In this document: piece after piece, positions 1-9,876 of the stretch
Numbering within the stretch: the stretch's first letter is position 1
Layout of the letters: each line of letters opens with the position of its first letter
Assembly (NCBI GenBank): GCA_002221445.1
Contig: NMUI01000056.1
Coordinates: 1-56,706, forward strand
Source: Phenylobacterium zucineum
GTDB lineage: Bacteria; Pseudomonadota; Alphaproteobacteria; Caulobacterales; Caulobacteraceae
Length of the DNA stretch: 56,706 nt
Direction: 5' to 3'
Program-made: the position numbers and the translations under genes
The notes under the pieces: generated by a model
What the model was told of the DNA's origin: nothing
The model's input: the letters and a program-made list of their open reading frames with translations, nothing else
Database searches by the model: none

Positions 1-58
1 CCAGCCGAAGCCGAGCGTAGAGCGGCCTAACCCCGTCCACTTTTTCGGGGGAAGATCA
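1..58 (+). mobile_element. Right end of an IS3-family insertion sequence (transposase C-terminus plus right inverted repeat)
   Basis: Frame 1 reads PAEAERRAA* (stop 28-30), like IS3-family OrfB C-termini. The reverse complement of 26-58, TGATCTTCCCCCGAAAAAGTGGACGGGGTTAGG, resembles the IS3 terminal IR (TGATCTTACCCAGCAATAGTGGAC...) and has the TG...CA ends. Confidence 0.75.
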
Positions 59-85
59 CTCCCGCCTGCTGCGAAGGAGATTCCC

Positions 86-319
86 ATGCAAATCGGCGGT
101 CTGCTGGCCCGGCCCTACCTGTTGATGGTGTCGACCCTGGTCGCCTATCAGGTCCTGCTCAAGCTGCCCCGGCCGGGGCGCAACATCCTGGCCGTCCAGA
201 CCTTCGCCTATGCGGTGGCCCCGGCGATCAGTTATTTCGCTTTCCGCGAGACCCTTCCCTCGATAGATCTCGCAGGCCTTGCGGTTTGCCCCGCAGGCCT
301 CTGGTTGGCCAGCCTATGA
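86..319 (+). pseudogene. Short hydrophobic ORF, possible DMT/EamA-like transporter remnant
   Basis: AGGAGA RBS before the ATG. The C-terminus FRETL..DLAGLAVC.AGLWL resembles a DMT last helix, but 77 aa is too short for a full domain. Confidence 0.35.
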
Positions 320-359
320 TCGGCGGGCCGCTCAAAGCCAAGCTGGACTGGATCTGATC

Positions 360-1370
360 ATGAAAGCCTATCGCTTCGACCACCTCGACGGATTGGACGG
401 CCTGCGCCAGCGGGAGGAAGCCGATCCCAGGCCGCAAAGGGGCGAGGTGCTGGTGCGGGTGCGCGCCGTCTCCTTAAACTTCCGCGATTTGGCCATGCCG
501 AGGGGCCGCTATCCCCGCCCCTGCCTGCCGGGCCTGATCCCGCTCAGCGATGCGGCGGGCGAGGTGGTGGAGGTCGGCGAGGGCGTCGCCGCCTTCAAGG
601 CGGGCGACCGGGTGATGGGCGCCTTTCACCCGCGCTGGTTCGGCGGCGACATGCCCGCCACCATCCAGAAGGACAGCTATGGTGCCGAGCGCGACGGCTG
701 GCTTTGCGAGCTCAAGGCCGTCAGCCAGGAAGCCATTGTCCGCATGCCGGGCGGCCTGTCCTTCGAAGAGGCCGCCACCCTGCCCTGCGCCGCCGTGACG
801 GCCTGGACCGCCCTCACCGGGCCTGTGCCGATCCGCGCCGGCCATTCCGTGCTGGTGCTGGGCAGCGGCGGGGTTTCGATCTTCGCCCTGCAACTGGCGA
901 GGGCGCTGGGCGCCACTGTCATTGCAACGACCTCCAGCGACGCCAAGGGCGAGCCGCTAAAGGCATTGGGCGCGGCCCACGTGGTGAACTATGCCAAAGA
1001 CCCGCAATGGGGAAAGCAGGTCCGCGCCCTGACCGGCGGTCGCGGGGTTGACCGGGTGGTCGAGGTGGGCGGCCCCGGCACCATCGCCCAGTCCCTGCGC
1101 GCCGTGGCCCTGGGCGGCGAGATCGCCTCCATCGGCTTCCTCAGCACCGAGAATCCGGGGATCGACTTCTTCCAGCTGAAGTCGAGCGGCGCGAACTTCC
1201 GCAACATCACGGTCGGCGACCGCTCAGCCCTGATCGAACTGGCCAGGGTTGTGGAAGCTGCGGGCCTCAAGCCCCTCATCGACCAGGTCTTTCCCTTTGA
1301 AGACGCCCGCGCCGCCTTCGAACACCTCGAAGGCGGGACCCACATGGGCAAGATCGTTATCAGAGTTTAG
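360..1370 (+). CDS. NAD(P)-dependent MDR-family alcohol dehydrogenase/quinone oxidoreductase
   Basis: VRVRAVSLNFRD, PLSDAAGEVVEVG, AATLPCAAVTAW, GSGGVS Rossmann motif, GKIVI C-terminus; start at ATG 360. Confidence 0.9.
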   Translation: MKAYRFDHLDGLDGLRQREEADPRPQRGEVLVRVRAVSLNFRDLAMPRGRYPRPCLPGLIPLSDAAGEVVEVGEGVAAFKAGDRVMGAFHPRWFGGDMPATIQKDSYGAERDGWLCELKAVSQEAIVRMPGGLSFEEAATLPCAAVTAWTALTGPVPIRAGHSVLVLGSGGVSIFALQLARALGATVIATTSSDAKGEPLKALGAAHVVNYAKDPQWGKQVRALTGGRGVDRVVEVGGPGTIAQSLRAVALGGEIASIGFLSTENPGIDFFQLKSSGANFRNITVGDRSALIELARVVEAAGLKPLIDQVFPFEDARAAFEHLEGGTHMGKIVIRV

Positions 1371-1470
1371 TGCGCTTACCGATCTGATTGAATCAGATCG
1401 GGCGTGCTGGATTTTTTGTTTTGCCGCATTTTCTACGCCCAACCGGTGTCCACTTGGGCGGAAAATGCTA
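1368..1470. repeat. CIR/RIME-like alphaproteobacterial intergenic palindromic repeat
   Basis: Two hairpins, CCGATCTGATT-G-AATCAGATCGG (1379-1401) and GCATTTTCTACGCCCAA...TTGGGCGGAAAATGC (1426-1468), with a CCGGTGTCCACTT core. Bounded by the TAG stops of two convergent genes. Confidence 0.75.
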
Positions 1471-2601
1471 GGCCGACATCGCCCCCCACATGGCCATGAG
1501 CAGGGAGAATCCGCGCATGTCGCCCGAGGTGGTCGAGGCCATCTTGTTCATGACGTAGGAATAGGTGGCGCGGGTCTGCATATCGATGATGATCAGCGAA
1601 CCGCCATAACCGCCCCAATAAATACACGCATCATTAGGCAGGGGCACGGCACCGCCCCGCAGGCCAAAGCCCATGCCGAACTTGACCGGAATGCCGAGGA
1701 TGAGGTCCGCGCCCTCGATCTGAGGCTCCAGGGCCTTGCGGCAACCTGCCTCTGAGAGATAGCGTTTGCCGTCTCGGCCGATCCCGCCATTGGCCAATAT
1801 GGTGTGAACCTCCGCCACGGACCGCGCATTTCCGGTGCCGCCAGCTGCCGGGATTTCAGCCCCGCGCCATTCCCGGGTGCGGGTGGCCAGGACATTGACC
1901 CCAGGATTATTGGCCATGTTGGCGATGAGGTCGTCTGTGGTCCCCTCCCCCATGGCACCGCCCGGCGGCGGCGGTATCAGGTCGGCGACCCGGCCGTCTT
2001 CGCTGGCGGGCAGACCAATGTGGAAGTCTGCGCCCATGGGCTCAGCGAATTCCTCACGGAAGACCGTGCCGACGCTCTTGCCCGCCACCCGGCGAATGAC
2101 CTCGCCCACCAGATAGCCCTGGGTCAGGGCGTGATAGCCGGACTTGGTTCCCGGCTCCCAATAGGGCGCCTGGGCGGCCAGGAGGGCGGTGGCCTTTTCC
2201 CAATCATAAAGGTCGGCCTCGGTGATCGGTTCTTTCCAACCGGACAGGCCGGCGGAATGGCTCATCAGATGGCTGACCTTGACGTCGGCCTTACCGTTGG
2301 CGGCAAACTCCGGCCAATAGCGCGCCACTGGGGCGTCGAAGTCCAATTCTCCCCGGTCCGCCAGAAGAAGGGCGGTCAAGGCCGTCATGGTCTTGGTGGT
2401 GGAATAGACGTTGATGATGGTGTCTTTTTCCCAGGGCCGGGTCTTGGCCTCGTCGGCATGGCCGCCCCAGATGTCGACCACCGTCTTGCCTTCTAGGGTC
2501 GCGCAGAAGGAGGAGCCGACGTCGCTCCCCGCCGCGATATGGCCGTCCAACACGCCGCGCAGGGTCTCAAAGCGCGAATCCGAAATTACGCCGTCAGCCA
2601 T
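1468..2601 (-). CDS. Serine hydrolase, beta-lactamase/EstB (family VIII esterase) type
   Basis: SxxK motif (YSTTKT), LMSHSAGL, GYHALTQG, WGGYGGS. Confidence 0.9.
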   Translation of the reverse strand: MADGVISDSRFETLRGVLDGHIAAGSDVGSSFCATLEGKTVVDIWGGHADEAKTRPWEKDTIINVYSTTKTMTALTALLLADRGELDFDAPVARYWPEFAANGKADVKVSHLMSHSAGLSGWKEPITEADLYDWEKATALLAAQAPYWEPGTKSGYHALTQGYLVGEVIRRVAGKSVGTVFREEFAEPMGADFHIGLPASEDGRVADLIPPPPGGAMGEGTTDDLIANMANNPGVNVLATRTREWRGAEIPAAGGTGNARSVAEVHTILANGGIGRDGKRYLSEAGCRKALEPQIEGADLILGIPVKFGMGFGLRGGAVPLPNDACIYWGGYGGSLIIIDMQTRATYSYVMNKMASTTSGDMRGFSLLMAMWGAMSA

Positions 2602-2660
2602 GGTCTTCTCCCAAATTAGGGGATCAACCTAGCTAGAGCCTAAGCGGGCGTCGACTCCGA

Positions 2661-3526
2661 TTAGACAAAGACCACGGTCTTGCCGCCTTCCACCAGGACC
2701 CGGTGCTCACAGTGCCAGGTGACCGCGCGAGCCAGAACTGCGCACTCCACATCCCGGCCGATCAGCACCATCTGGTCGGGGCCCAGGCTGTGGTCCACCC
2801 TTTGGACATCCTGCTCGATAATCGGACCCTCATCCAGGTCGGTGGTCACATAGTGCGCCGTGGCGCCGATGATCTTCACCCCGCGGTCATAGGCCTGGTG
2901 ATAGGCTTTGCGCCCTTAAAGCCCGGCAGGAAGGAGTGGTGGATATTGATGCACCGCCCCGCCAGGGCCTCGCACATCTGCGGCGAGAGGATCTGCATAT
3001 AGCGGGCGAGCACCACAAGATCGACGCCCAGCTCTTTGATAAGCGACAGGAATTGGCCCTCCTGCTCAGACTTGGTCGCCGCTGTAATCGGCAGGTAGTG
3101 GAAGGGCACGCCGCTCCACTCGACGAAGGAGCGTAGGTCCTCGTGGTTGGACACCACCCCCACCACCTCGGCGGGCAACAAACCCGCCCGCCAACGGTGC
3201 AGCAGGTCGAAGAGGCAGTGCCCGAACTTGGACACCGCCAAGAGCACCCGCGGTTTCATCTGATTGTCATGCAGCGACCAGGTCATGTGGAACCGGTGGG
3301 CGATGAGCTCAAAGCCCTGCTTCAAGGCCTCAGCCTCAGGCATGTCCCCCTCCGCATGGAAGACCGTGCGCATATAAAACTGACCGGCTAATCCGTCATT
3401 GAAATGGTTGGACTCCACAATGGACGCATCATTATCCGCCAGGAAGCTGGAAACAGCGGCCACGACGCCCTTCCGGTCCGGGCATTTGAGGATCAGGGTA
3501 TAGCGGGGCTTGGGAATGGGCGGCAC
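2661..3526 (-). CDS. purU: Formyltetrahydrofolate deformylase (one frameshift near 2905)
   Basis: ACT-type start [12 protein letters not shown]; [10 protein letters not shown] and [14 protein letters not shown]; continues in another frame as [22 protein letters not shown]. Confidence 0.92.
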
Positions 3527-3662
3527 GATGGGGCGTCCTTGCTATCGCGCCGCCATAAATCGACCCCTCATGAGTTTGGCGAGTGTTTTTTGACCCTGGG
3601 CCTGAAATCGGTCATCGCGCGCCCTCTTGCCGTCAGGGACCAAAACCGTGGAAGGTGAACCC

Positions 3663-4601
3663 ATGACCAAAACATCCCTGATCTTTGACTGCGATCCGGG
3701 CGTTGACGATGCCATCGCCCTTTTTCTCGCCTTTGCGGCTCGGGATGAGGTGGATCTCTTGGGGGTGACCACGGTGGCAGGCAATGTGGCCGCCGCCCTA
3801 ACCGCGCGCAATGCCTGCATCCTGCGGGAAATTGCCCAGCGGGAAGACGTGCCTGTGGCCGCCGGATGTGAGCGCCCCATGGTTCGCGCCCCCATCGACG
3901 CGGGACACTTTCATGGTCAGACAGGCTTGGGCGATCTGCCGATCTCTACACCCCAAAAAGGGGTGGAGGCGATCCACGGTGTCGATTTCATTATCAATGC
4001 GGTGATGTCGCGCCCAAGCGACACGGTTACCGTGGCGGTGACAGGCCCCATGACCAATCTGGCCATGGCTATGGTGAAGGAGCCGAGACTCAGCCGACGT
4101 CTGGCCAGGATCATCGCTATGGGCGGCGCACGATCAGAAGGCGGAAATATCACGGCTTCGGCGGAATATAACATTTATGCCGACCCCCATGCGGCCCAGG
4201 TAGTCGCCGAGTCTGGTACACCCCTGGTGATGATGGGGCTGGACGTCACCCATCAGGTCCGCGCCGCGGCCCGACACATTGACGCCATCGCCGCTATCGG
4301 CGGCCCAGTATCGAAGGCCTGCGTCAACCTGTTTGGCTTTATGGACCGGACCGAAAAAGCCTTGGCGAGCGGTGGCGACGCCCCCCAACACGACCTTTGC
4401 CCCATGGCCTACCTCCTAGCCCCGACCCTGTTTACCCTCCGCCCCTGCCGTATGGAGGTGGAAACCAGCTCGCCCCTCACTTCAGGCCATACGGCTGTAG
4501 ACTTTCGTCACAGAGACAGCCCGCAACCTCACATAAAATGGGCTATCAGCGCCGATGCCGACGGCATTTTTGCCCTACTGACAGACCACCTCAGCCGATG
4601 A
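3663..4601 (+). CDS. Inosine-uridine preferring nucleoside hydrolase
   Basis: DCDPGVDDA, TTVAGN, TGPMTNLA, GNITASAEYNIYADP, MGLDVTH. Confidence 0.92.
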   Translation: MTKTSLIFDCDPGVDDAIALFLAFAARDEVDLLGVTTVAGNVAAALTARNACILREIAQREDVPVAAGCERPMVRAPIDAGHFHGQTGLGDLPISTPQKGVEAIHGVDFIINAVMSRPSDTVTVAVTGPMTNLAMAMVKEPRLSRRLARIIAMGGARSEGGNITASAEYNIYADPHAAQVVAESGTPLVMMGLDVTHQVRAAARHIDAIAAIGGPVSKACVNLFGFMDRTEKALASGGDAPQHDLCPMAYLLAPTLFTLRPCRMEVETSSPLTSGHTAVDFRHRDSPQPHIKWAISADADGIFALLTDHLSR

Positions 4602-5446
4602 CACCCGTCAGCCTCCATGTCCTGGGATCGATTAATCTCGACATCGTAGCGTCTGGTGCGCCCCTACCTAAGGCCGGCGAGACCGTCACCGGGGCCAGCC
4701 TCGCACGCTATCCCGGCGGTAAGGGGGCTAATCAGGCTTTGGCGGCCCGGAGGCTTGGGGCGGAGGTCTGTTTGATCGGACGGGTCGGGCGCGACATCTT
4801 TGCTGACGAGGCCCTGGCGAGCCTTCGCCGGGAGGGGGTGAATCTGAGCCTCTGTACCACAGATGACCACCTGCCGACCGGCATGGCCCTCATTGCGGTC
4901 TCGCCGGAGGGCGAGAACCAGATTGTCGTGGCGTCGGGTGCCAATCTGGGCATGACCGAGGTTCCGGACTTCGGGGATGCCCCTCTGCTGTGCCAGTTGG
5001 AACTGCCGATCAGTACCGTTGCCAAGGCCATAAATGCGGCCCGGGGGTTCGTCGCGATAAATCTGTCCCCGGCTCTGCCGGTTCCGGACGCCCTACTGAG
5101 CCGTCCCGATCTTGTGGTGGTTAATGCGGGCGAAGCTGCCTTTTACGCTGAGAAACTCCACCAGGGCCAAGGTCTTGTGGTGATCACCCAAGGTGCCGCC
5201 GGTGCCGTGATCTATCGGCGGGGGACAGCGATAGCGCGCGCGACCCCGCCCGCTGTGGATGTGGTCGATACCACCGGGGCCGGGGACTGCTTTATTGCCG
5301 CTCTATGTGTCGGCCTGCTGGAAGGACACCCCCCAGACCAGGCCCTGGCCTTTGCTTGCACGGCAGCCGCTCTGGCGACCACTCGCCCCGGTGCCCAAAC
5401 CGCCATGCCCCTGCGATACGAGATCGAGGCCTATCTGAGGCGTTGA
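4598..5446 (+). CDS. rbsK: Ribokinase (PfkB family)
   Basis: GSINLD, PGGKGANQALAA, GENQIVV, DTTGAGDCF; ATGA overlap with the nucleoside hydrolase. Confidence 0.88.
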   Translation: MTPVSLHVLGSINLDIVASGAPLPKAGETVTGASLARYPGGKGANQALAARRLGAEVCLIGRVGRDIFADEALASLRREGVNLSLCTTDDHLPTGMALIAVSPEGENQIVVASGANLGMTEVPDFGDAPLLCQLELPISTVAKAINAARGFVAINLSPALPVPDALLSRPDLVVVNAGEAAFYAEKLHQGQGLVVITQGAAGAVIYRRGTAIARATPPAVDVVDTTGAGDCFIAALCVGLLEGHPPDQALAFACTAAALATTRPGAQTAMPLRYEIEAYLRR

Positions 5447-5484
5447 GACTCATAAAATTCATCCGGGACGGTCGGTCTTTTGGC

Positions 5485-6395
5485 TCAAAGCGCCAGGATC
5501 TCGCGCACCGATAAAGGCCAGGCGTCGAGATCCAGGCCGTGATGTCTAAACAAGGCCAAGGCGACGCGATCCATGCCAAAGCCGCAACAGGCGGTCTGTG
5601 CCGTGCCCCCCTCCGTCGTGCGAAGGTTCCAGGTCTCCGCAAAATAATCCTGATGATAGTTAAAGCTCATAATCGCAGTCAGTCCCGCCGGATTTGCAAT
5701 CGGGACAAGTAGCTCGAACTTCAATTCTTTTTCCCGTTGTCCGGCGCTCAACAGGCGTCCCCCTCGCCCGAAAAACGGATCACTTGCCAGCTCAATTTCC
5801 GGCGGAAGGCCGACCGCGCTGATCATGTTCCGACCTCTTTCGAGCCAGAGGTCCCGAAAGGCCAGAACCTCTTCCCGGGTCCCGGCCCGGACAAATTCCC
5901 GGATTCGAAACATCTGCATACGCGCCGGGTCGTCAGACGGTTCATGGCGGAAACAGTAGGACTGCAAGTCAAAGATCCGCCCACCCGACGGCAAGTCACC
6001 CCGGGCGGCCATGATGGGATAGATGGGATAGCAAGTCGCCGGCGTTAGGGTGATGTCAGTCCGGGCCAGGGTCTTTGTCCAATCGCCGCCCTGGTCCAAC
6101 TCACGAAGCAGTTCGGTATGATCGTGGTCATTGCCGCAAAAGCTGTGGACGGAGCCGCCCAACTGCGGAAAGCTTTTCATATAGCCGCTTTTTTCGAACT
6201 GAGCGCGGTTCATGCCGGGGGGAAAAGAAATCTTCTCGGCCCCATCATCCTTGACGACCCGGCTGATCAGCCATCAAAGGCTGAGATAACAGATTCATAA
6301 ACCTCACCGCGCCCGAACAGCCCTGGAACGCCAGAAGCAATTAGATAACCGCGATCAAATAATTGCTGCAAGAAGCCGGGCGGGTCTGGGATCAT
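5485..6395 (-). CDS. Amino acid:[acyl-carrier-protein] ligase (atypical SerRS homologue); frameshifted near 6215-6275
   Basis: SGYMKSFPQLGG, LTPATCYPIYP, CFRHEPSDDPARMQMFRIREFVR, ASDPFFGRGG, MSFNYHQD, CCGFGMDR. The N-terminus MIPDPPGFLQQLFDRGYLIASGVPGLFGRG begins at 6395. Confidence 0.85.
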
Positions 6396-6396
6396 A

Positions 6397-6642
6397 TCAG
6401 GCCGCCCTAGCGATCAGTTTGCTTAGAGCCTCGGCGATTGAGCTAATGGAAGCAAAGGTCTGCCGGGTCAAAAGCGCATCCGGAAACTCGATATTAAACG
6501 CTTCTTCCAAACCCAGCATGAGATCCACGGACGCAAATGAGGTCATGCCGGCTTCATAGAGGTCGGTGCTATCCTCAAGGCTGGCAGGATCAACGGTAAC
6601 GCCGCCATGCTTTGCGACGACCTCCCGGATTTGCTCAAACAT
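6397..6642 (-). CDS. Acyl/aminoacyl carrier protein
   Basis: DLYEAGMTSFASVDLMLGLEEAFNIEFPD with the phosphopantetheine Ser; adjacent to the ligase. Confidence 0.88.
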   Translation of the reverse strand: MFEQIREVVAKHGGVTVDPASLEDSTDLYEAGMTSFASVDLMLGLEEAFNIEFPDALLTRQTFASISSIAEALSKLIARAA

Positions 6643-6819
6643 AGCAAAGCACCTTGAAACCCTATTTCCTGAACGTGTTGGTAATGCAGGGACGTAAACT
6701 GCGGCTCACTGAACTTGGTAAACAGAGTCTGAGATCTTTCAACGCACGCCTCTTTGAAAACCACCGCCGCAAGCGCTGTGCGAAGCGGTCGGGCTCCAAA
6801 AAACAGCCATAAGGATGCC

Positions 6820-6919
6820 AACGGTGTATTTGAGGCCGATTGGCTGACTGTGACCGACTCCACCTGATTAGAACAGGTTCGCCGGTCGAAACCCTCCCGG
6901 CTCCCTCAAGCAACCCGCC
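6820..6919 (-). ncRNA. Candidate structured RNA (long interrupted hairpin), family unassigned
   Basis: Nested minus-strand pairings TTGAG/CTCAA, GCCG/CGGC, GACCGGC/GTCGGTC (G-U pair) and ACCTG-TTCTAAT-CAGGT. Confidence 0.35.
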
Positions 6920-7038
6920 AAGAACTAGAGGTATGATTTCGCCTTGGGCGAGGTCTAAGAACACTGTACAGCTGCTGTTGACCTGGAAACGCCTGGGTAA
7001 CATGCTTTCTTGCGTCTCCTGCCCAAACCTGCGAGCCG

Positions 7039-8153
7039 ATGGATCAACCCGCCCAATTTCGCGTGAACCGGACCTCGGACGGGGTCTTGGTCGGCTTGAC
7101 CGGCAGGTGGTCGGGACCCGGCATAGACAAGCCCTGCAAAGATCTGGCCCATGGCCTGTCCGGACTGAGCGGATTTGACATGGATCTGAGCGGTGTTGAT
7201 CGGATGGATACGACAGCAGCCTATCTCCTGATCCGGGCTACGGACGGAAGGTTAGATCTTTCCAGGACCCAGGGACGCCCCGAAGTTATCCGATTACTGG
7301 AGCTTGTTTCAAAGGCGTCCAACGCCAAAATCCAAGGGAAACGCCCACCCAGCGGCTTTCATGAATTGACCATTCGGATCGGTCGCGGTGCCATAGATCT
7401 CTACCGGGAATTCATCGACACCATGGTCTTTGTAGGCCATTTGCTGGTGGTCCTTGGTCGCCTCACGATCAGGCCTCAAAAATCCGATGGGCAGCCTGTT
7501 TCGCCCTGGCAGAACGGGCAGGCTTCGACGCCGTACCGATCGTCGCCACCACCACGTTTTTCATCGGTGCTGTCGTTGGGCTTTTGGGTGTGAACACCCT
7601 GCGGCAGTTTGGTGCGGACGTATTTGCCGTCGATCTGATCGGCATTGCAGTTTTGCGGGAGTTTAACATCGTTATTGCCGCCATCCTGCTGGCAGGTCGA
7701 TCGGCATCAGCCTTCGCGGCCGAGATCGGGTCGATGAAAATGAATCAGGAAATCGACGCCATGCTCGTGCTCGGCATTGATCCCTTTGAAGCTCTGGTTT
7801 TCCCGAGGTTCGCCGCCTTGCTGCTCACCGTCCCGCTGCTGACCTTTGTCGCCACCCTGGCCGGTCTGCTTGGCGGTTTGCTCATCACCTGGTCTGTCTT
7901 AGACATTGGACCAACATTTTTCCTGCAACGTATTCTCGACCGTGTCGGACCGTCCCATTTCTGGATCGGCATGTTCAAGGCCCCCGTCATGGCGGCCGTT
8001 ATCGCTGGAATCGGCTGCCGTCAGGGTTTGGAAGTGGGGGGTGATGTGGAATCTCTAGGTCGGCGGGTGACTGCTGCCGTCGTCCATGCGACCTTCGCCA
8101 TCATCGTGATCGATGCCCTGTTTGCCCTTCTCTACATGCAGATGGACCTGTGA
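7039..8153 (+). CDS. mlaE: MlaE-family ABC permease with N-terminal STAS-like domain (frameshift near 7480)
   Basis: DLSGVDRMDTTAA (STAS-like); AILLAGRSASAFAAEIGSMKMNQEIDAM; SLGRRVTAAVV. Confidence 0.85.
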
Positions 8154-8938
8154 CCGCTCTATCTGATCCCGTGATCGAGATCGTCGATCTTGTCTCCAGG
8201 TTTGGCGATCATGTGATCCACAATCACTTGAATCTGACCGTCAAACGCGGCGAGATTTTGGGCGTTGTCGGAGGCTCAGGCACGGGCAAGTCAGTCTTGC
8301 TCAATACGGTGATCGGATTGAAAAGCCCCGACGGTGGACAAGTTAAGGTGTTTGGTCAGGACATCCATACCGCCGACCGTAAAGGCTGGAGTGATATTGA
8401 ACGGCGGTGGGGCGTTTTGTTCCAACAAGGGGCCCTGTTTTCCAATCTAACGGTCCGCGAAAATGTTGCGGCACCGCTTTACGAGCACACCGACCTTCCG
8501 CGCTCCAAGATCCATGAATTGGCGGACCTGCGCCTTGGCCTAGTTGGCCTAGCCCCAGAAGTCGCCTTGCAGAAACCCGCAGAATTATCGGGGGGGATGC
8601 GCAAGCGTGTCGGTCTGGCAAGGGCGCTTGTTTTAGATCCAGACCTATTATTTCTCGACGAGCCCACAGCTGGTCTTGACCCCATCGCCGCGGCCGCCTT
8701 CGATGACATGATCCTTGACCTATCCCGCAGTCTGTCCCTGACCGTCTTCATGATCACCCATGACCTGGACAGCCTCTATACGATCACAGACAGAGTCGCG
8801 GTGCTGGCGGACAGGAATATGGTTGCCGTCGCCCCAGTGGAAACACTGGAAAAGTCGGATCACCCCTGGATTCAAGCCTATTTCCTGGGTCCCCGCGGCC
8901 GCGCTGCGGGCCAACATAAACAGAGGACATTGGTCTGA
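8150..8938 (+). CDS. mlaF: MlaF-family ABC ATP-binding protein
   Basis: Walker A GGSGTGKS, LFQQGALFS, LSGGMRKRVGLARAL, FLDEPTAGLDP, ITHD. Confidence 0.9.
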   Translation: MTALSDPVIEIVDLVSRFGDHVIHNHLNLTVKRGEILGVVGGSGTGKSVLLNTVIGLKSPDGGQVKVFGQDIHTADRKGWSDIERRWGVLFQQGALFSNLTVRENVAAPLYEHTDLPRSKIHELADLRLGLVGLAPEVALQKPAELSGGMRKRVGLARALVLDPDLLFLDEPTAGLDPIAAAAFDDMILDLSRSLSLTVFMITHDLDSLYTITDRVAVLADRNMVAVAPVETLEKSDHPWIQAYFLGPRGRAAGQHKQRTLV

Positions 8939-9876
8939 TGGAAAAAGACGCCAATTATGCTGTCGTCGGCCTTTCGACCCTGTTCCTCTTCTTCGGTGTG
9001 GTGATTTTTTCAGTCTGGCTTGCCCGGTTCAGCTTGAATCGGGACTTCGATTCATACGACATCAATTTTCCCGGCCCGATCAGTGGCTTGAGCCAGGGCG
9101 GTGAAGTTCGGTTCAATGGGATCAAGGTTGGCGAAATCACCAAAATCGAGCTGACCAAGTCGAACCCCAAAAATGTCACGGCGCATGTACGCATGGGATC
9201 GGACGTACCGGTCCGCGCCGACTCCTATGCCACCATCGAACCCTTAGGGATTACTGGGGTCAGCTTTATCCAAATTTCGGCCGGATCTGCAGCCCGCCCC
9301 CTGCTCAAAAACAATACGCCCATCGGCAAGGTCCCGCTCATTCTCTCACGGCGCAGTGCCCTTTCAGGCTTACTTGAAGGCGGCGGCACGGTGCTGGCAC
9401 GGACTGTAGAGGCCCTGGATCGGGTCAACAGGGTGCTCTCAGATCAAAACATCAGGACCTTCGGTCGGACGCTTGACAATGTGCAGACCGTTACCGCCGA
9501 ACTGGCGGCAAAAAAGCAACTGATCGGTGATGCTCAATTGGCGCTTCAGCATATCGACGCGGCGGCCCAACAGGTCACGGCCCTGTCCGCTTCAAGCCAA
9601 TCCCTGGTGGACGGCGAAGGCCGGCGCAGTTTGAAATCCGTTACAGACGCCGCCCTTGAGACTCAAAGTGCCGCAAAGGATCTGCGCGCCATGATGGGTA
9701 AGCTCGATGGACCGACCAGTGAGTTTGCGGCCAACGGCCTGCCCCAGCTGACGGCGGCGGTCAGCTCACTGCAATCCACGGCCCAGTCTTTGGACCGTCT
9801 GGTCAGAGAGATTGAGTCCAACCCCCAGGCCCTGGTCACAAAATCGCCCGCTGCTGAAAAAGAGGTCAAGCCATGA
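8938..9876 (+). CDS. mlaD: MCE/MlaD-family protein
   Basis: N-terminal TM helix, GLSQGGEVRFNGIKVGEI MCE motif, helical C-terminus. Confidence 0.88.
   Translation: MEKDANYAVVGLSTLFLFFGVVIFSVWLARFSLNRDFDSYDINFPGPISGLSQGGEVRFNGIKVGEITKIELTKSNPKNVTAHVRMGSDVPVRADSYATIEPLGITGVSFIQISAGSAARPLLKNNTPIGKVPLILSRRSALSGLLEGGGTVLARTVEALDRVNRVLSDQNIRTFGRTLDNVQTVTAELAAKKQLIGDAQLALQHIDAAAQQVTALSASSQSLVDGEGRRSLKSVTDAALETQSAAKDLRAMMGKLDGPTSEFAANGLPQLTAAVSSLQSTAQSLDRLVREIESNPQALVTKSPAAEKEVKP

Noticed and set aside
6862-6878. Amber suppressor/pyrrolysine tRNA (CTA-centred 7-nt loop)
   Set aside because: No D arm, T arm (GTTCGA) or acceptor stem in cloverleaf positions; kept only as a generic structured RNA candidate.
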